NCBI GenBank assembly: GCA_000503915.1
Contig: CP006915.1
Span: forward strand, 1-32,000
Length of the DNA stretch: 32,000 nt
Source: Candidatus Saccharimonadota bacterium
Lineage (GTDB): Bacteria; Patescibacteriota; Saccharimonadia; Saccharimonadales; Saccharimonadaceae
Reading direction: 5' to 3'
The notes under the pieces are model-generated. The model ran no database searches. It saw only the letters and a list, made by a program, of their open reading frames with translations, and was not told the DNA's origin. Made by a program: the position numbers and the translations under genes. This document shows positions 28,957 to 32,000 of this stretch, in pieces (position 1 is the first letter of the stretch; every line of letters begins with the position of its first letter).

Positions 28957-30744
28957 ATGAGGATAAAACTTTTTAGTCGAACAGATAGCGGAACGGTTCA
29001 AAAGACTATCGCGATATTTCGCGAAGAGGCCGCTCAGGAAAAGCATATTGTTTGGTTATTTTCTACGTTAATACCGTTTAGTCATTTTCTCTACATTGTT
29101 CTCCTCCCACTCCTAATTTCATTTATTGTTCAATCACTTATCCAGGACCCTCATGACCTAGCCACACCACTCTGGCTCGTTGGCGGCATTATCGTAAGCG
29201 GCGCTTTATCTTTGTTTATTCAGCATTATGCATTTATCGGCTTTTTTAATCATGAGGAGCGCATGACAACCCGCCTCGCAGAGCGAGCAATGAATGGGCT
29301 TTTGCGCCATAGTCACTTATTTTTTAGCAATCAAAAAGTCGGCTCGCTTGCGGGGGATGTAAATACTTTTAGTCGCTCCTACCTGTCACTTATGGACACT
29401 CTCTTTTTAAATGCCAGCAGTATCGTCGTCAGCTTCATAACTAGCTTACTTATTATTGCGATTATTTCACCTCCGTTACTAATTCCGCTCCTTCTTCTGA
29501 CTGGGTTTATTATCGGAGAGTCAATTTTATCACTTCAAAAACGTTCACCCTACCGTAATAAACGAAAGGAGATGCAGTCTAGGTTATTTGGATCAATTGC
29601 GGACGTTCTCGGCAACCAGACATTAGTCCGCATGTTCAGCTCGCAGCAACGTGAAGTTGCCGCTATCGTCAGGGAGCGTCAGGCAATAGAAGGAGTAGCC
29701 AAAGAAGAAATAGACATCTTGCAACGCTCGGCGGAAGTTCGCCAAGGTGGACTCTACGTTTTTCAGGCCATCACCATGATCGTTGCTATTTACCTCGTCA
29801 CGCAGGATCAAGTATCAGTAGCCGCACTCATTTTTACAGTAACCTATCTTGGGCGTGTGACCGGTGCTATGTACAATATCAACAGTATTATTCGCACCGC
29901 CGAACAGGCATTTCTTGATGCATCAAAAGTAACAGAGATACTCGCTAACGACATCGAGGTTTTCGACATACCTCATGCAAAGCCTTTAGAGGTAACTCAG
30001 GGTGACATTCAGTTTCATAACGTTAACTTTTCTTATGGAACAAAAAGGAACGAAGTAGTTTTTCAGAATCTAAGCCTCGTCATTCCACACGGTCAAAGTA
30101 TTGGCCTCGTGGGACGTAGCGGTGGAGGCAAGTCGACCTTTACACAGCTGCTCTTACGATATATGGATATTCAAGATGGAGAAATTACCATCAATAAGCA
30201 AAATATCGCAGAAGTGACCCAGAACAGTCTTCGTGAGAACATTGCTTACGTACCGCAAGACCCGTATTTGTTTCACCGAACATTGCGTGAAAATATCACC
30301 TACGGAAATGGCCACGCGACAGACACTGAACTTCAACAGGCAATCAAAAAAGCACACGCCAAGGAATTCATCGACAAGCTTCCTCACGGTCTTGATACGG
30401 TAGTGGGCGAGCGTGGCGTCAAACTCAGCGGTGGCCAACGACAACGAGTGGCAATTGCTCGAGCAATCTTAAAGAACGCCCCGATTCTCATCCTCGACGA
30501 AGCGACTTCAGCGCTCGACTCAGAAAGCGAAAAGCTTATCCAAGAAGCTCTTTCAAACTTGATGAAAGATCGCACCTCTATCGTCATCGCTCACCGCCTG
30601 TCGACGATTGCCAAGCTCGATCGAATTATTGTACTTGATAACGGCAAGATCGTCGAAGACGGCACGCACACTGAGCTTCTTAAGGCGGGCGGCACGTACG
30701 CCAAACTGTGGAGCCACCAGAGCGGCGGCTTCATCGAAGACTAG
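28957..30744 (+). CDS. ABC exporter, fused permease/ATPase (MsbA/multidrug type I exporter-like)
   Basis: 595 aa with six N-terminal TM helices. Walker A GRSGGGKST, signature LSGGQRQRVAIAR, Walker B ILILDEATSALD, and H-loop AHRL. Confidence 0.9.
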   Translation: MRIKLFSRTDSGTVQKTIAIFREEAAQEKHIVWLFSTLIPFSHFLYIVLLPLLISFIVQSLIQDPHDLATPLWLVGGIIVSGALSLFIQHYAFIGFFNHEERMTTRLAERAMNGLLRHSHLFFSNQKVGSLAGDVNTFSRSYLSLMDTLFLNASSIVVSFITSLLIIAIISPPLLIPLLLLTGFIIGESILSLQKRSPYRNKRKEMQSRLFGSIADVLGNQTLVRMFSSQQREVAAIVRERQAIEGVAKEEIDILQRSAEVRQGGLYVFQAITMIVAIYLVTQDQVSVAALIFTVTYLGRVTGAMYNINSIIRTAEQAFLDASKVTEILANDIEVFDIPHAKPLEVTQGDIQFHNVNFSYGTKRNEVVFQNLSLVIPHGQSIGLVGRSGGGKSTFTQLLLRYMDIQDGEITINKQNIAEVTQNSLRENIAYVPQDPYLFHRTLRENITYGNGHATDTELQQAIKKAHAKEFIDKLPHGLDTVVGERGVKLSGGQRQRVAIARAILKNAPILILDEATSALDSESEKLIQEALSNLMKDRTSIVIAHRLSTIAKLDRIIVLDNGKIVEDGTHTELLKAGGTYAKLWSHQSGGFIED

Positions 30745-30752
30745 CCACTCCC

Positions 30753-30777
30753 TATTGCAAGGATTATCCTTGCAATA
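30753..30777. repeat. REP-like perfect palindrome (left copy)
   Basis: TATTGCAAGGA-TTA-TCCTTGCAATA. It starts 9 nt after the ABC exporter stop and abuts the transposase stop codon. Confidence 0.9.
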
Positions 30778-31392
30778 CTAGTGACCGCCGTTGGCGAGCC
30801 GGTCTTCAATCTCTACTAGCGACTTCCTGTAATCTACGTAATCTTCTAGGTACGTAAGGTACTTATCTGAACTCATTGTTTGTAGCCGCTCCGGATGTAT
30901 CCATCCGATTTGACGATACCCCAAATAGGCACTCAGACTTGACCATTTCCATCCCAAATAGTCTTTTGGGTTGAGATGTATGTACCGCGTAATATGATGA
31001 AAATAGCTGTCATCCTTAATCTGGATTGCCTTATACGTCCCTTGAAACAATCGTCCCTCTCGATGGTATTTATGGTTGAAATAGGTACTGTACGTCGTAG
31101 CGAGCTTGCGCATAAATCGTGTCATGGCGTCAGGCTCATTTTGAAAGAATAGCAAATGGAAGTGGTTGGGCATAAGACAAAATGCCACCAGTTGCAAACT
31201 GTCATCGAGCCGTTCATATTCACGACCAAAGGCATCGAAGCTCGGCTCAGGATAAAGATAGCGCTTCATAATATTCATAAACACCGCATAATCATCGTCG
31301 TCCTGGAAAATAACGCGTTTTTCTACGCCACGATTATACGCGTGGTAATATGCCGGCGCATCAAACAGTTTGACCGTGTTTTTTGATGGCAT
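30778..31392 (-). CDS. REP-associated tyrosine transposase-like protein (Y1/HUH, IS200-like fold; COG1943 type)
   Basis: 204 aa. YHAYNRGVEKRVIFQDDDDY, HUH motif CLMPNHFHLLF, and catalytic-Tyr helix ITRYIHLNP. Confidence 0.8.
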   Translation of the reverse strand: MPSKNTVKLFDAPAYYHAYNRGVEKRVIFQDDDDYAVFMNIMKRYLYPEPSFDAFGREYERLDDSLQLVAFCLMPNHFHLLFFQNEPDAMTRFMRKLATTYSTYFNHKYHREGRLFQGTYKAIQIKDDSYFHHITRYIHLNPKDYLGWKWSSLSAYLGYRQIGWIHPERLQTMSSDKYLTYLEDYVDYRKSLVEIEDRLANGGH

Positions 31393-31415
31393 ACCATTAC
31401 TCTAGCCCTCTGCAC

Positions 31416-31448
31416 CCCCTATTGCAAGGATGATCCTTGCAATAGGGG
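31416..31448. repeat. REP-like palindrome (right copy, longer stem)
   Basis: CCCCTATTGCAAGGA-TGA-TCCTTGCAATAGGGG, a 15-bp stem. The core differs from the left copy only at the central loop nucleotide. Confidence 0.9.
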
Positions 31449-31532
31449 TGGGCGACGACTTCACGTTACTATTCTCTGCCCAGACCTTCCACCCATTGCT
31501 GCGGCGTTACAACTTATTAATGACTTTCCTCT

Positions 31533-31567
31533 TCAAATAAAATAACGGCCACACCGTGACCGTTATT
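31533..31567 (-). terminator. Rho-independent terminator of the bL25 gene
   Basis: Minus strand reads AATAACGGtcacggtgtgGCCGTTATT followed by TTATTTG, about 20 nt after the stop. Confidence 0.7.
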
Positions 31568-31585
31568 TCACGTCACAGTTACTTA

Positions 31586-32000
31586 TTATTTGTTGGCGTC
31601 AACGTTTGACTGCTTTGGCTCATCCTGCGCTTTTCCGCCCGGCATCGTTTCCTCGGCCTGAGAGGTCTGGTCGGTGTCTTCACCATTTTCAGACTCGACT
31701 TCGCTTTCGTCTTCGGCATCACCAGCCGCTGCTTCGTTGGCTGCCTGCAGCGCGCTCGGCTCCCAGACGCTAGCGATTACCAGCTCAGTTACGCTGTGCT
31801 GTTCTTCGTCTTCGTCACCATGACCGGATTCGTGCTCAACAAGCTCTACTTTCTCAGGTAATGTTACGTCGCTAAGTAGCAACTTCTCGCCTGGCTCTTT
31901 CAGACCACGAATGTCAGCGTGCAATGCATCCGGCAAGTCCATCGGCAGTGCTCGCACTTCAATCTTGTCGATTGTCTGCAGGACGATCAGGCCGTTCTTT
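31586..32000 (-). CDS. rplY: Ribosomal protein bL25 (Ctc form), C-terminal part; the 5' end lies beyond the window
   Basis: The frame stays open to position 32000 (..KNGLIVLQTIDKIEVRALPMDLPDALHADIRGLKEPGEKLLLSDVTLPEKVELV..), the typical Ctc C-terminal domain. An acidic low-complexity tail follows. The track's GTG 'start' at 31957 is internal. Confidence 0.8.
   Translation of the reverse strand, partial: KNGLIVLQTIDKIEVRALPMDLPDALHADIRGLKEPGEKLLLSDVTLPEKVELVEHESGHGDEDEEQHSVTELVIASVWEPSALQAANEAAAGDAEDESEVESENGEDTDQTSQAEETMPGGKAQDEPKQSNVDANK

Larger units (their letters stand above)
30741..31448 (-). mobile_element. Approximately 700-bp HUH/Y1 transposase unit (RAYT- or IS200-like) bounded by two near-identical palindromic repeats
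   Basis: Both repeat units begin with ctagcc and contain ccctattgcaaggatNatccttgcaata. They bracket the single Y1-transposase ORF. Confidence 0.7.

Noticed and set aside
1-32000. Alternative genetic code (UGA sense, as in some CPR lineages such as Gracilibacteria/SR1)
   Set aside because: TGA terminates ORFs at family-typical lengths, for example the 279-aa aldo/keto reductase at 24980-24982 and the pilin at 1-3. All recognised genes are full length under the standard bacterial code.

Overview
Gene-dense window, mostly minus-strand, with about 40 CDS and 4 tRNAs. Many gene junctions overlap or leave gaps of 4 nt or less, and convergent genes sit 1 nt apart. The content and compactness suggest a reduced-genome Patescibacteria/CPR bacterium, possibly Saccharibacteria-like; this is inference only, since no marker could be searched. 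Content: translation and housekeeping genes (typA/bipA, secG, bL25/Ctc partial, RRM RNA-binding protein, trhO, nadD-like, pepP). There is a notable concentration of DNA-repair and nucleotide-pool hygiene genes (ligA, uvrC, UDG-family, AlkA-like, RdgB/ITPase, HD 5'-nucleotidase-like, MazG-like). Envelope and transport genes are lemA-htpX, an ABC-2 exporter, an MsbA-like exporter and an orphan family-5 binding protein. Four CCA-encoding tRNAs (Ala-GGC, Leu-TAA, Cys-GCA, Leu-GAG) are present, three of them interleaved with a free-standing HNH nuclease and nadD. Most interesting: (1) three pilin-type surface proteins share an Ala|Phe prepilin-like junction: a Cys-loop-repeat pilin, a LamG-lectin pilin, and a 910-aa protein with 13 RCC1 repeats that shows recent internal 339-bp duplications. 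(2) A -10 box lies 6-9 nt upstream of the start codon at most operon-leading genes, implying leaderless mRNAs. (3) An approximately 700-bp HUH/Y1 (RAYT/IS200-like) transposase unit is bracketed by two near-identical 25-nt perfect palindromes. (4) tRNA-end fragments are duplicated next to tRNA-Ala and tRNA-Leu(GAG). No CRISPR array, rRNA or recognisable defence system was seen. All family calls rest on motifs read by eye, not on searches.
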